A DNA stretch of 64,000 nucleotides from Spirochaetia bacterium (GCA_035530755.1 DATKUF010000036.1:14354-78353); one strand, 5' to 3'; counted from the stretch's first letter, positions 42,851-51,694 are shown. Notes: generated by a model from the letters alone, not told the origin. Numbers and translations are program-made.

Positions 42851-44371
42851 GTGGGCCAGCAAATCCTTTTAATGGAGAAAATAGACAAGCGCTTCACGGG
42901 CGTGCATGCCCTGAACCAGGTAGACTTCGACCTCAACGAGGGTGAGATCCACGCCCTCGTCGGCGAGAACGGTGCCGGCAAGTCCACGCTGATGAAAGTT
43001 CTTGTCGGAATTAACTCGAAGGACTCCGGCGAAATCCACTACCTCGGCCGTCTGTTCAATCCCCGCAATCCACGACACGCCATGGAGATGGGAATTGGCA
43101 TCATTCATCAAGAGTTGAACATGATGGACCACCTCACTGTCGCCCAGAACATCTTTATCGGACGGGAATCCACCCGAATGAATGGAATGCTGCTGGACAA
43201 GCGAGAGCAGAACAGGCGGACGGCAGAGCTGTTCAAGCGGCTCAAGATGAATATCGATCCGACCGAGCAGCTCTCGCGTCTCACGGTCGGGAAGCAGCAG
43301 ATGGTGGAGATCGCCAAGGCGGTATCGCATCGATTGCGCGTGCTCATCCTCGACGAGCCGACCGCGGCGCTCACCGAAAGCGAAATCAAGGAGCTTTTTG
43401 TCATCATGCGGGACCTCGCGAGCCGCGGGGTGGGCATGATTCACATTTCGCACCGACTCGAAGAGATCCACCAGATCGCCGACCGGGTCACGGTCCTGCG
43501 TGACGGGGAGCTGGTCGGCACGAAGAACACTTCAGAAGTCACCAAGGCGCAGATCATCAACATGATGGTCGGTCGGGTAATCTACGAAAAACCGAAAGCG
43601 AAGAGCAATGTTCTTGCCGATGCGCCGGTCGTTCTTCGCGTGCAGAACCTGAACGCGGGAAGGCTGGTTCGCAACATCAGCTTCGAGCTTCGCAAAGGCG
43701 AGATCCTCGGATTCTCCGGCCTCGTCGGGGCGGGTAGAACCGAGACTGCACGGGCGATTTTCGGCGCGGATGAGATTCAAAGCGGAACCATCGAGATAGG
43801 CGGACGGCGCGTTACGATTCGGTCGCCCGAGGATGCAGTTGCCCATGGATTGGGATACCTCTCCGAGGACCGCAAGCGGTATGGGCTGGCCGTGAATCTC
43901 AGCGTCAAAGACAATCTGGTCATGGCGACCTACGACCTTTTCGTTCGCGGACTGTTCGTGCATGCAGGAAAAATCCGAAAAGTGTCCGAGGAATACGCGG
44001 ATCGGCTCAGCATAAAGACGCCTTCGCTGGAACAGCTTCTTCGCAACCTCTCCGGCGGCAATCAGCAGAAGGTGGTTATAGCGAAGTGGCTGATTCGCAA
44101 CTGCGACATCCTCGTTTTTGACGAACCGACCCGGGGAATCGACGTTGGTGCGAAAAGCGAAATATATACGTTGATGAACGAATTGGTGCGGGAAGGCAAA
44201 TCAATCATCATGATCTCTTCCGAGCTGCCGGAGATTCTCCGCATGAGCGACCGAATTATCGTCATGTGCGAAGGTCGAATTACCGGAGAGCTTGCCATCG
44301 AAGATGCAAGCCAGGAGGCGATCATGGAGTATGCCACCATGGGGCACCAGGAAGTCCTTGCCGGGAGTTGA
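42851..44371 (+). CDS. Sugar ABC transporter ATP-binding protein, duplicated cassette (RbsA/MglA type)
   Basis: Two cassettes: GENGAGKSTLMK ... LTVGKQQMVEIAKA ... LILDEPTAAL, and GLVGAGRTE ... LSGGNQQKVVIAKWL ... LVFDEPTRGID. Confidence 0.9.
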   Translation: MGQQILLMEKIDKRFTGVHALNQVDFDLNEGEIHALVGENGAGKSTLMKVLVGINSKDSGEIHYLGRLFNPRNPRHAMEMGIGIIHQELNMMDHLTVAQNIFIGRESTRMNGMLLDKREQNRRTAELFKRLKMNIDPTEQLSRLTVGKQQMVEIAKAVSHRLRVLILDEPTAALTESEIKELFVIMRDLASRGVGMIHISHRLEEIHQIADRVTVLRDGELVGTKNTSEVTKAQIINMMVGRVIYEKPKAKSNVLADAPVVLRVQNLNAGRLVRNISFELRKGEILGFSGLVGAGRTETARAIFGADEIQSGTIEIGGRRVTIRSPEDAVAHGLGYLSEDRKRYGLAVNLSVKDNLVMATYDLFVRGLFVHAGKIRKVSEEYADRLSIKTPSLEQLLRNLSGGNQQKVVIAKWLIRNCDILVFDEPTRGIDVGAKSEIYTLMNELVREGKSIIMISSELPEILRMSDRIIVMCEGRITGELAIEDASQEAIMEYATMGHQEVLAGS

Positions 44372-44376
44372 AAAGT

Positions 44377-45663
44377 ATGGCAGATGCAACCATCGAAATC
44401 AGCCGAATGCAGCGGTTCAAGCAGCAGGGTCTCAAGTACATGCTTGCTCCGGCCGCGCTGCTCATCCTCTACGTTTTGTTCGGGATACTTGGACGTGATT
44501 ACTTCTCCTACCCGACCTTCGTAAACATCATTGACGCGGCCTTCTACATCGGGTTCATCTCTATGGGTGTTACCTTCGTGATCATAAGCGGCGGAATCGA
44601 TCTTTCGGTCGGGACCGTCATGATGGCGGCGACCCTCATTGGTGGAACGGCGATGAAACACGGGCTGCCCATGGTGCCGACCCTCTTGTTGATTATCGTA
44701 GTTGGCCTCCTCTTCGGACTTTTCAACGGGCTGCTGGTGTCGCGGCTCAAGATGCCGCCGTTCATCGTCACTCTCGGTACCATGATGATCTCGATGGGTG
44801 TCGGTTCGATCGTCTCGAACGTGCAAAGTGCGACCTTCCCCATTCGCAGCGCCCCGGGAGGTTGGTTCAAGAGCATCTTTCTCTACCTCAGTCCCAACGG
44901 CGTCAATATTCCAACGGGCGCCTTCCTGCTGGTGGCGATTGCGGTGATCTGTCACCTCATGCTTTCGAATACGAAACTGGGCCGCTACACCTACGCCATC
45001 GGCAGCAACAAAGAGGCGGCACGCCTCTCGGGTGTCGATGTCAAGAAGTGGGAGCTTCTGGTCTACGTGATCGCCGGTGGAACTGCCGGTATCGGCGGCA
45101 TCTCCTACGCCGCAATCTATACCACGATTCTCCCGGCGCAGGGCCAGGGATTCGAGTTGTACGCAATCGCAGCCGCAGTTATCGGCGGCACCTCGCTTGC
45201 CGGAGGAGTCGGCACCATCTGGGGCACAATGATCGGCGTTTTCATCATGTCGGTTCTTGCCACCGGATTGCCTGCCATGGGACTTCAGGCGCACTGGCAG
45301 ACCTTCTTCACCGGTGTCATCGTGATCGGCGCGGTGCTCCTCGATATGTACCGGAACAAGAAGGCGTCGGAGGTTCGCATCGTAACTCCAGCAGACACGT
45401 ACCGGACGTCGATGATGGACAAGATCGCGTTGATCAAGCATGAGGCGTCGGTCCACAAGTCGGCAGGACGGTCTTCTGAAGCTGCAGCGTTGCAGAAGCA
45501 GATCGTCGAAGCGCGCGTGGAGATGAAGGCAACCTACGCGAGAATGAAGGCGGAAGAGAAGGCCGATGAGGCGCGGGTCCGGGCCGAAGAAAAGGCGGCG
45601 GACCGGGATTTTGCCGAAATGCTTCGGGCACGGGAACTGGAACAGGAAAGCAGCGCGAAATGA
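44377..45663 (+). CDS. Sugar ABC permease (RbsC/BPD_transp_2 type) with a ~100-aa charged C-terminal tail
   Basis: Start moved to ATG 44377, just after the ATPase stop. The core has GGIDLSVGTVM, PPFIVTLGTMMI, IGGTSLAGGVGTIWGTMIG. The tail is Lys/Glu/Ala/Arg-rich. Confidence 0.85.
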   Translation: MADATIEISRMQRFKQQGLKYMLAPAALLILYVLFGILGRDYFSYPTFVNIIDAAFYIGFISMGVTFVIISGGIDLSVGTVMMAATLIGGTAMKHGLPMVPTLLLIIVVGLLFGLFNGLLVSRLKMPPFIVTLGTMMISMGVGSIVSNVQSATFPIRSAPGGWFKSIFLYLSPNGVNIPTGAFLLVAIAVICHLMLSNTKLGRYTYAIGSNKEAARLSGVDVKKWELLVYVIAGGTAGIGGISYAAIYTTILPAQGQGFELYAIAAAVIGGTSLAGGVGTIWGTMIGVFIMSVLATGLPAMGLQAHWQTFFTGVIVIGAVLLDMYRNKKASEVRIVTPADTYRTSMMDKIALIKHEASVHKSAGRSSEAAALQKQIVEARVEMKATYARMKAEEKADEARVRAEEKAADRDFAEMLRARELEQESSAK

Positions 45664-45760
45664 CGGCAACGGTCGGTCGCGGACAGAATTACGGTAAATT
45701 TCCCGGAATACGGGTTCAGTCCTGGGCGTACGCTCGGGCAGAAAAATTACGGAGGTATCT

Positions 45761-46894
45761 ATGAGTATTTCCAGACGTACAGGAGCGTTGCTTGTTGCAG
45801 TCGCTTTCCTCTTGGCGCTCGCGCTCCCCGTTTTTGCGAACGGTTCGAAAGAGAGCGGAAGTCAGGGATCGGCGGCGCAGGGCAGCAAGATCTTCATTCC
45901 TATGGTTTCGAAGGGATTCCAGTTCCAGTACTGGCAGGTCGTCATGAAGGGCGCGCAGGCAGCCGCGAAGAAGTACGGCGTCGACATGACCTTCGAAGGG
46001 CCGCCAACTGAGAGCGACATTCAGATCCAGGTCCAGGAACTGTCGAACGCGATGGCGAAGAACCCGTCTGCCATCTGTCTCGCAGCGCTCGACACCAATT
46101 CAGTCATGGACATGCTGAACCAGGCCGTCGCCAAGAAAATCCCGGTCATCGGGTTTGACTCCGGAGTTCCGAATGCACCCAAGGGCGCTATCTACGCGAC
46201 CGCGTCAACCGACAACATGGCTGCAGCCGGCATAGCGGCCGACCATATGTTCGCGAAGATCAAGGACAAAATCATTGCGGCCACCGCATCGAATCCGGTC
46301 ACCATCATCGATTTCAACCAGGATGCCACCAGCCAGTCGGTTACTTTCCGTGGTAAGGGTTTTCGCGATGAGATGGTCAAGCTGATCGAGACCCAGGGCA
46401 ACCATCCGGCGAGCGACATCAAAGTCACCGGCAATCCGGCCTACATCGCGTCGGACAGCCCGAACAGTTCGAATCCAGCGGTCATTATCGAGGCGATCGT
46501 CCCTGCCAGCACGAAGACCGTGGACGCGACCAATTCGGCCAACGCCATCCTGAGCCGCTTCAAGTCCAGCAACATCGCAGGAATCTTCTGCTCGAACGAA
46601 GGTACCGTGAGCGGAGTGCTCGCCGCCACCAATGACGGCAGTGCGATCCCGACCCAGTACCCCGGCCTGATCGTCATCGGTTTCGACGCCGGAAAGGCCC
46701 AGAAGACCGCCGTCCGCAAGGGTTACTTCCTCGGCTCGATCACCCAGGACCCCTACATGATCGGGTACGACGCGATGGAGCTTGCCTACAAGGCAGTGAA
46801 GGGCGAGCCCGTATCGAACGTAGACACGGGTGCAAAGTGGTGGGATGTTTCCAACATGGACCAGCCCGACATCGCTCAGCTCCTCTACGATTGA
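45761..46894 (+). CDS. Sugar ABC substrate-binding protein (type I PBP)
   Basis: Signal MSISRRTGALLVAVAFLLALALPVFANG. PBP1 blocks: KIFIPMVSKGFQFQYWQVVMKGA, NPSAICLAALD, IPVIGFDSG, GIFCSNEGTVSG, VIGFDAG. Confidence 0.85.
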   Translation: MSISRRTGALLVAVAFLLALALPVFANGSKESGSQGSAAQGSKIFIPMVSKGFQFQYWQVVMKGAQAAAKKYGVDMTFEGPPTESDIQIQVQELSNAMAKNPSAICLAALDTNSVMDMLNQAVAKKIPVIGFDSGVPNAPKGAIYATASTDNMAAAGIAADHMFAKIKDKIIAATASNPVTIIDFNQDATSQSVTFRGKGFRDEMVKLIETQGNHPASDIKVTGNPAYIASDSPNSSNPAVIIEAIVPASTKTVDATNSANAILSRFKSSNIAGIFCSNEGTVSGVLAATNDGSAIPTQYPGLIVIGFDAGKAQKTAVRKGYFLGSITQDPYMIGYDAMELAYKAVKGEPVSNVDTGAKWWDVSNMDQPDIAQLLYD

Positions 46895-46924
46895 GAAATC
46901 GAAGTCTACGATTGAGAAATCGAA
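46884..46924 (+). repeat. Perfect 20-nt direct duplication (21-nt period) spanning the stop codon of the binding-protein gene
   Basis: TCTACGATTGAGAAATCGAA occurs at 46884-46903 and again at 46905-46924, separated by a single G. The first copy contains the TGA stop (46892-46894). Confidence 0.85.
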
Positions 46925-46941
46925 CTATTTAAAACGTTTGA

Positions 46942-47003
46942 GGTCCCGGGAAGATTTCCCGGGACCGAATAAAGGCTCGCCTCTCGGCGGGCCTTTATTT
47001 TTT
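46942..47003. terminator. Two consecutive hairpins between convergent operons; the second is an intrinsic terminator
   Basis: Hairpin 1: GGTCCCGGG-AAGATTT-CCCGGGACC (46942-46966), a perfect 9-bp stem. Hairpin 2: AAAGGCTCGCC-TCTC-GGCGGGCCTTT (46971-46996), followed by ATTTTTT (to 47003). On the opposite strand hairpin 2 is followed by TTTATT. Confidence 0.6.
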
Positions 47004-47021
47004 CGTGACGGCCTGACGGGT

Positions 47022-47648
47022 CTACGCCGCTGATAGTTCTGCCCGCACAAAGTAGAGGCTCTTCTGCCTCGGCGAATCGCTTACCTCCAGAACCGTGAAC
47101 CCGGCGTCGCGAAGCATTTCGCGAAGCTCGTCCGGCGGGATGCGAACCTCCATGGGCGGGCCAAATCCGCCGTCTATGCGGTCGATTTCTATCATAAAGA
47201 GGGTTCCGCCCGGTTTGAGAACGCGCGCGGCCTCGGCGAGTGCCTGCGTGCGGGTATCGATGTCGTGGAGCATCATCGACAGGAGAACCACGTCGACCGA
47301 GCTGTCGGCAAGCGGGACGTTTGCCGCAGGGGCGGTGATCCCCTCGACATTCGAAAGCTGCGCCTCTTTCACCCGTCGCAGGGTCGTGTCCACCATGGAC
47401 TTCTGAAGATCAACCGCGTACACCTTCCCCGCAGTCAGAAATCTCGCCGCGGGTAGCGTGAAGAATCCTGCTCCGCACCCCAGGTCGAGCATGACGGCGT
47501 CGTTCCGGGTGAGAAATTGCGGGAGGATCTCGTCTGGCGGGAGCATCGTTTTTCGATGTTCTTCCCTGGCGAGCAGCACTTCGGGGTCGAAACCTGGAAG
47601 AATGTGGCCGCCGAAATGAACGCCGTGCTTGTGTTTTTTGTCCTGCAT
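47022..47648 (-). CDS. Class I SAM-dependent methyltransferase
   Basis: Start moved to ATG 47648 after an AAGGAG Shine-Dalgarno sequence. Motif I is VMLDLGCGAGFFTLPAA, with post-I YAVDL and VLKPGGTLFMIE. Confidence 0.8.
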   Translation of the reverse strand: MQDKKHKHGVHFGGHILPGFDPEVLLAREEHRKTMLPPDEILPQFLTRNDAVMLDLGCGAGFFTLPAARFLTAGKVYAVDLQKSMVDTTLRRVKEAQLSNVEGITAPAANVPLADSSVDVVLLSMMLHDIDTRTQALAEAARVLKPGGTLFMIEIDRIDGGFGPPMEVRIPPDELREMLRDAGFTVLEVSDSPRQKSLYFVRAELSAA

Positions 47649-47707
47649 AGAATCGTCTCCTTTGTCACATGACATTGATGCTTTTTGCGCCCGTTCCCGT
47701 CGAAGGG

Positions 47708-48910
47708 CTACCGCACATAAGCCTGACCGGTCGCGGTCTCGAGCCTCTGCGCGCGCGCTGAGGGGCGACTCTTCAGAAACAGTGCGAGGAGCCCGGCCGC
47801 AAGCGGCAGTGCGAAAAGCAGCGCCATCGCAGCGCCGATCCCGGCGGCATCGCCGATGGATCCCACCGGTATCACGAGCAGTGCGCCGAGCCCTCCCGCG
47901 AAGCCCATGCTGATTCCGGCAGCAAGCGCCTTGTTGTCAGGGATTGCCTCCTGTGCGGCGACGACCGTCACCGAGAAGTTCGACATGAGCGTTGCGCCGG
48001 CCAGTCCAAGAAGCACCATGCTGAGCGCCCCCTGGGTGACAAGGAAGCCGAAGAACAGCGGCGTAGCGAGGATCAGGGAACCTGCGATGAGCCGCTTGCG
48101 CCCGTAATGGTCGGAGATCAGCCCTCCAATGATCCCGCCGATCGCGCCGCTCAACAGCATGATCGTCAGAAGATGGCTCGAGGCGATATTCGAGAGATTC
48201 CGCGACCTGAAGTAGAGCGGCAGTATTGCGAGCATGCCGGTGTACGCGAGGGATCGAAGCGCAATCACGCCGACCAGGACGCTCAGCTCGCTCGCAGCCG
48301 ATTTCAGCGACGCCGCCATCTGTGCAATTGTTGGCCTCGCTGCGGCGGCAGCCGGGGACCTTGGCGTGAAGAACAACAGCAGGAGCGCGACCAGGGCACC
48401 GGGAACCACCGTGAAGACGGTGGCGTGCAGGCCATAGGTCTGAAAGAGCGGAATCAGCAGGAGCGGGCTCAACGCAAAGCCGAGGTTCCCACAGGCGATA
48501 AACGCCGAAAGGACTACCGCCTTACGATTTCCGGCGGCGTTGCTGACGAGCGTAGATGCCTGAGGGTGAAAGGCAGCAGTACCGAGTCCGGCCAGCGCGG
48601 CGACAACTACGAGCAAGGGGTAGGAGTGGATGATTCCGGTAAGCGCGAGCAGCACGGCCATCCACACGGTCCCCAGATTGAAAATCCATCCCCTGCCACT
48701 CCCGTCAAAAAGGTAGCCGAAGAACGGCTGTGCAAAGGACGAGGTTATGGTGAAAATCGCTACAAGAACAGCTGCCTGAGTCACCGTAAATCCGGGGATG
48801 AGCACCACCAGGAACGGCAGCATCTGCGGCAGGTAGTTTGAATACAGATCGTTCAGCATGTGCGAAAGTGAAAGCACGGAAATTGCCGCAACCGGCCTGG
48901 TGTTTTTCAT
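47708..48910 (-). CDS. MFS transporter
   Basis: Start moved to ATG 48910 after an AAGGAG Shine-Dalgarno sequence. Twelve predicted TM helices and an MFS loop motif (GLISDHYGRKRL). Confidence 0.85.
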   Translation of the reverse strand: MKNTRPVAAISVLSLSHMLNDLYSNYLPQMLPFLVVLIPGFTVTQAAVLVAIFTITSSFAQPFFGYLFDGSGRGWIFNLGTVWMAVLLALTGIIHSYPLLVVVAALAGLGTAAFHPQASTLVSNAAGNRKAVVLSAFIACGNLGFALSPLLLIPLFQTYGLHATVFTVVPGALVALLLLFFTPRSPAAAAARPTIAQMAASLKSAASELSVLVGVIALRSLAYTGMLAILPLYFRSRNLSNIASSHLLTIMLLSGAIGGIIGGLISDHYGRKRLIAGSLILATPLFFGFLVTQGALSMVLLGLAGATLMSNFSVTVVAAQEAIPDNKALAAGISMGFAGGLGALLVIPVGSIGDAAGIGAAMALLFALPLAAGLLALFLKSRPSARAQRLETATGQAYVR

Positions 48911-48961
48911 GAAAGCGCTCCTTCTGATCATGCGGCGCGTGCTGCCGCATCTCCGCAATCG

Positions 48962-49300
48962 TCAGATTGACGGCTCAAGTTCTTTGTACCTGTCGAGAAA
49001 AAACTGGAGGTTGGCCTGGCGTCGCCTGATGTCTTCGGCATGCTCGGCAAGTGCCGCAGAACCGCGCCTGCTCAGGGTGTACCATTTCCGCGGCGCTCCG
49101 GAATCTTCAGGAACCCACCGCGTCTCGACGAGTCCCTGCTCTTCCATCTGTTTGAGACTGCGATAGACGATGGCACTGTCGGAGAGGCAGAACGGAAGCT
49201 CCGTCTGAAGGCGGGAGAGAAGCAGCGCCCCATAGGACGGACCATCGGCAAGAAGCAGCAGCAAAAAAGCCGGCGTATGCCGTCCGTGCGTCTTGGCCAT
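48962..49300 (-). CDS. PadR family transcriptional regulator
   Basis: FLLLLLADGPSYGALLLSRLQ..., AIVYRSLKQMEEQGLVETRW and PRKWYTLSRRG form the canonical PadR winged helix. 112 aa. First gene of the PadR-MFS-methyltransferase operon. Confidence 0.85.
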   Translation of the reverse strand: MAKTHGRHTPAFLLLLLADGPSYGALLLSRLQTELPFCLSDSAIVYRSLKQMEEQGLVETRWVPEDSGAPRKWYTLSRRGSAALAEHAEDIRRRQANLQFFLDRYKELEPSI

Positions 49301-49322
49301 ATGTGGAAATCACCTCCAGTAA

Positions 49323-49353
49323 GTGTTAAACACATCTAACTGTTAATAACAGT
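49323..49353. promoter_or_regulatory. Two palindromes upstream of padR, candidate operator
   Basis: GTGTT-A-AACAC (49323-49333) and the perfect 7-1-7 palindrome ACTGTTA-A-TAACAGT (49339-49353). They lie 23-53 bp upstream of the padR ATG (49300, minus strand). Confidence 0.4.
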
Positions 49354-49459
49354 ACCAACCGGCCTGCGCAACGTCAAGCTCAATCATCCCGCTCCGCCAT
49401 TTTTTTCGCACACCGCCCCACAAATTCTCACCTCCGTGCGTCTTATACTGTGAAGACCA

Positions 49460-50011
49460 ATGAGCGAAGAGTCAGACCGACGAATTGGAGTAGAAAAACT
49501 CGAGGCCGCTTACGTGGAACAGAAGCCGGCGTTTCTGCGTCTCGGCGGTCGGGTTGCGAACCGCTTCATGGATGCTGAGGACGTTGTGCACGACGCCTTC
49601 GTCAGCGCGCTGTCCCGGGTAAACGTCGGCGGCGCAGTCGGCGACTCGGCCGCGTGGATCTACACGGGAATCCGCAACCGCCTGATCGATCTATGGCGGC
49701 GGGAGAGGGTACATCGAGACAAGGGCGAGGTGAATGTCGCCCAGGAAACTCTCGAGGAGATAGTCTGTGCGACCGGATTCGATCCGGCAGACGCAGTCGT
49801 GCAGGACGAACTTGCCGACGCGCTCGCCGAAGCGATCGACGCACTGCCGGAATCGCAGCGTGAGGTGATCGTCGCTCAGGTCTTCGAAGGAACGACTTTC
49901 CGCGAGCTGTCACAGCGGAGTGGAGTCTCCCCGGACACGCTCGCCGCGCGCAAACGGTCTGCGGTCCGTGCCATAGCCCGCGCGCTGCGCGGATGGATCG
50001 ACGAAGGCTGA
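49460..50011 (+). CDS. ECF-type RNA polymerase sigma-70 family factor
   Basis: Region 2: EDVVHDAFVSAL ... WIYTGIRNRLIDLWRRE. Region 4: LPESQREVIVAQVFEGTTFRELSQRSGVSPDTLAARKRSAVRAIARAL. Confidence 0.8.
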   Translation: MSEESDRRIGVEKLEAAYVEQKPAFLRLGGRVANRFMDAEDVVHDAFVSALSRVNVGGAVGDSAAWIYTGIRNRLIDLWRRERVHRDKGEVNVAQETLEEIVCATGFDPADAVVQDELADALAEAIDALPESQREVIVAQVFEGTTFRELSQRSGVSPDTLAARKRSAVRAIARALRGWIDEG

Positions 50012-50031
50012 ATGAGAAAGGAGAAAATTGT

Positions 50032-50394
50032 ATGAGTGGATCAAAAAGCGGTCGCCACTTCGACTGGCAGAAGATCGGTGTCCCCGCACGAATCGGGATC
50101 ATTCTTGCGGGAGTCGTCGCAGCGGCCGGATTTTTCGTTCTGGCCGGTTTCATTGTGGTGTGGCTCTGGAACTGGCTGATGCCTGTGATCTTTCGCCTTC
50201 CGCAGATAGGCTTCTGGCAGGCCTGGGGATTACTCGTGCTTTCGAGCATCCTGTTCAAGCGACACCCGTCGGCCTCACATGCAGGCCGCGAACGGAGAAG
50301 AAAGCAGGCGCTTCGCGAACGAATGCATGAAATGGGCGACAGGGGCGAGTCGGGACCGGAATCAGTCACCCCCGGCCCGGGCGAGGTAATGTAG
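50032..50394 (+). CDS. Small two-TM membrane protein downstream of the ECF sigma factor (possible cognate regulator)
   Basis: Start moved to ATG 50032 after an AAAGGAGAAAA Shine-Dalgarno region. Helices are IGIILAGVVAAAGFFVLAGFIVVWLW and FWQAWGLLVLSSILF, with a basic tail. No zf-HC2 anti-sigma motif was seen. Confidence 0.5.
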   Translation: MSGSKSGRHFDWQKIGVPARIGIILAGVVAAAGFFVLAGFIVVWLWNWLMPVIFRLPQIGFWQAWGLLVLSSILFKRHPSASHAGRERRRKQALRERMHEMGDRGESGPESVTPGPGEVM

Positions 50395-50817
50395 GTGGCC
50401 GAGCATGTCTGCCCATGGTGGCTTGGTTACCTTCTCGCGAGCCCGGTACGCAGAGCGATGCAGAATCCGCAGACAATTCTCGGGCCGTGGGTGACGCCCG
50501 GGATGACGGTCGTCGAACCCGGCTGTGGGATGGGGTACTTCAGTCTCCCGATTGCACGGATGGTTGGAGCGGACGGCCGCGTCGTCTGCGTCGACGTCCA
50601 GGAAAAAATGCTTGCCGGGCTGACCCGGCGAGCCGAACGCGCGGGCTTGCTCGAAAGAATCGAAGCGCGCCTTTGCGATACCGACTCTCTTGCGGTTGAA
50701 GATTTCGAGGGTCAGGCGGACTTCGTCCTCGCGTTTGCTTTCGTGCACGAAGTGCCCGATGCGGATCCGCAGATTCCCCGCAGTCTGGCAGCAGTCATGC
50801 AGAATGGAGCGGCCTGA
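50395..50817 (+). CDS. Class I SAM-dependent methyltransferase, apparently 3'-truncated
   Basis: Motif I VVEPGCGMGYFSLPIA, post-I VCVDVQ, and FAFVHEVPD. The ORF stops about where the KPGG block is expected, roughly 60-70 aa short of the paralog at 47022-47648. Confidence 0.55.
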   Translation: MAEHVCPWWLGYLLASPVRRAMQNPQTILGPWVTPGMTVVEPGCGMGYFSLPIARMVGADGRVVCVDVQEKMLAGLTRRAERAGLLERIEARLCDTDSLAVEDFEGQADFVLAFAFVHEVPDADPQIPRSLAAVMQNGAA

Positions 50818-50841
50818 GGTATCAACGAGCTTGTTGATGCC

Positions 50842-51612
50842 TCAGAAACCGTCATACTTCGCGAGCGTTTTGAGCAGCGCGGCGAAATCCTTCGGGTAGG
50901 GAGCCTCGAACGTGTATTTCCGGTCGAACAACTCGAAGCTGATCGCGCAGGCATGCAGCGCAACGCGGGAGATGAGCGGTCGTTCAGGTCCTTCGCCGGA
51001 GTGGCGGTAGCCACGTTTCAGTTCCGACAGGTAGGCGGCAGCACCTCGGTAGAGAGGGTCGCAGACTACAGGATAACCCTCCCGCGAGAGGTGTGCGCGA
51101 ATTTGATGCATGCGGCCGGTCACCGGTCGGCATTCCACAAGCGAAAAATGGCGGGATGTGGAAAGCGTAGTGACGATCGTTTGAGACGGGCGTCCCCGCC
51201 GTGTGTCCAGCACTGCGCGAAAAGTCGAGACCGGCGACACCTCTTCGCCGTCGAGATGGAAGGGAACGTAGACCGAGGAAATGGTACGCAGCGGGTGCTC
51301 GATTGTTTCTCCGGCGAAAGCGGCCCGTCCCCAGACCAGCGCATGGTAGATTTTTCTTACCTGCCTCCGACGGAACTGTTCGGCAAGAACGCGATGGACC
51401 GGAAAGTGCTTCGCGGCCACTATGACTCCGCTCGTTTCGCGATCGATTCTGTGACAGAGCCTGGTTCCTGGATTTCGGGCGCGAAGAAGGCCGAGAAGAC
51501 TCGGTCGCGAGGTATCCCGCTCATCTGCGCTTGCCAATCCGGCCGGCTTGTTGATGATGATGATGTCGTCGTCCTCGTAGAGGAGCATGTCGTCGATTCG
51601 AAACTGTTTCAT
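50842..51612 (-). CDS. RluA-family pseudouridine synthase
   Basis: DDIIIINKPAGL, the catalytic HRIDRETSGVIVAAK, YHALVWG, GRMHQIRAHL. Confidence 0.85.
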   Translation of the reverse strand: MKQFRIDDMLLYEDDDIIIINKPAGLASADERDTSRPSLLGLLRARNPGTRLCHRIDRETSGVIVAAKHFPVHRVLAEQFRRRQVRKIYHALVWGRAAFAGETIEHPLRTISSVYVPFHLDGEEVSPVSTFRAVLDTRRGRPSQTIVTTLSTSRHFSLVECRPVTGRMHQIRAHLSREGYPVVCDPLYRGAAAYLSELKRGYRHSGEGPERPLISRVALHACAISFELFDRKYTFEAPYPKDFAALLKTLAKYDGF

Positions 51613-51694
51613 GAGTCTGGACCGGGGTTACTATAGTCCGCCCCACGCGAAATTGAAAGCCGGAAAGGAGGGCTCGCGCGGGTGATAACCCGAC

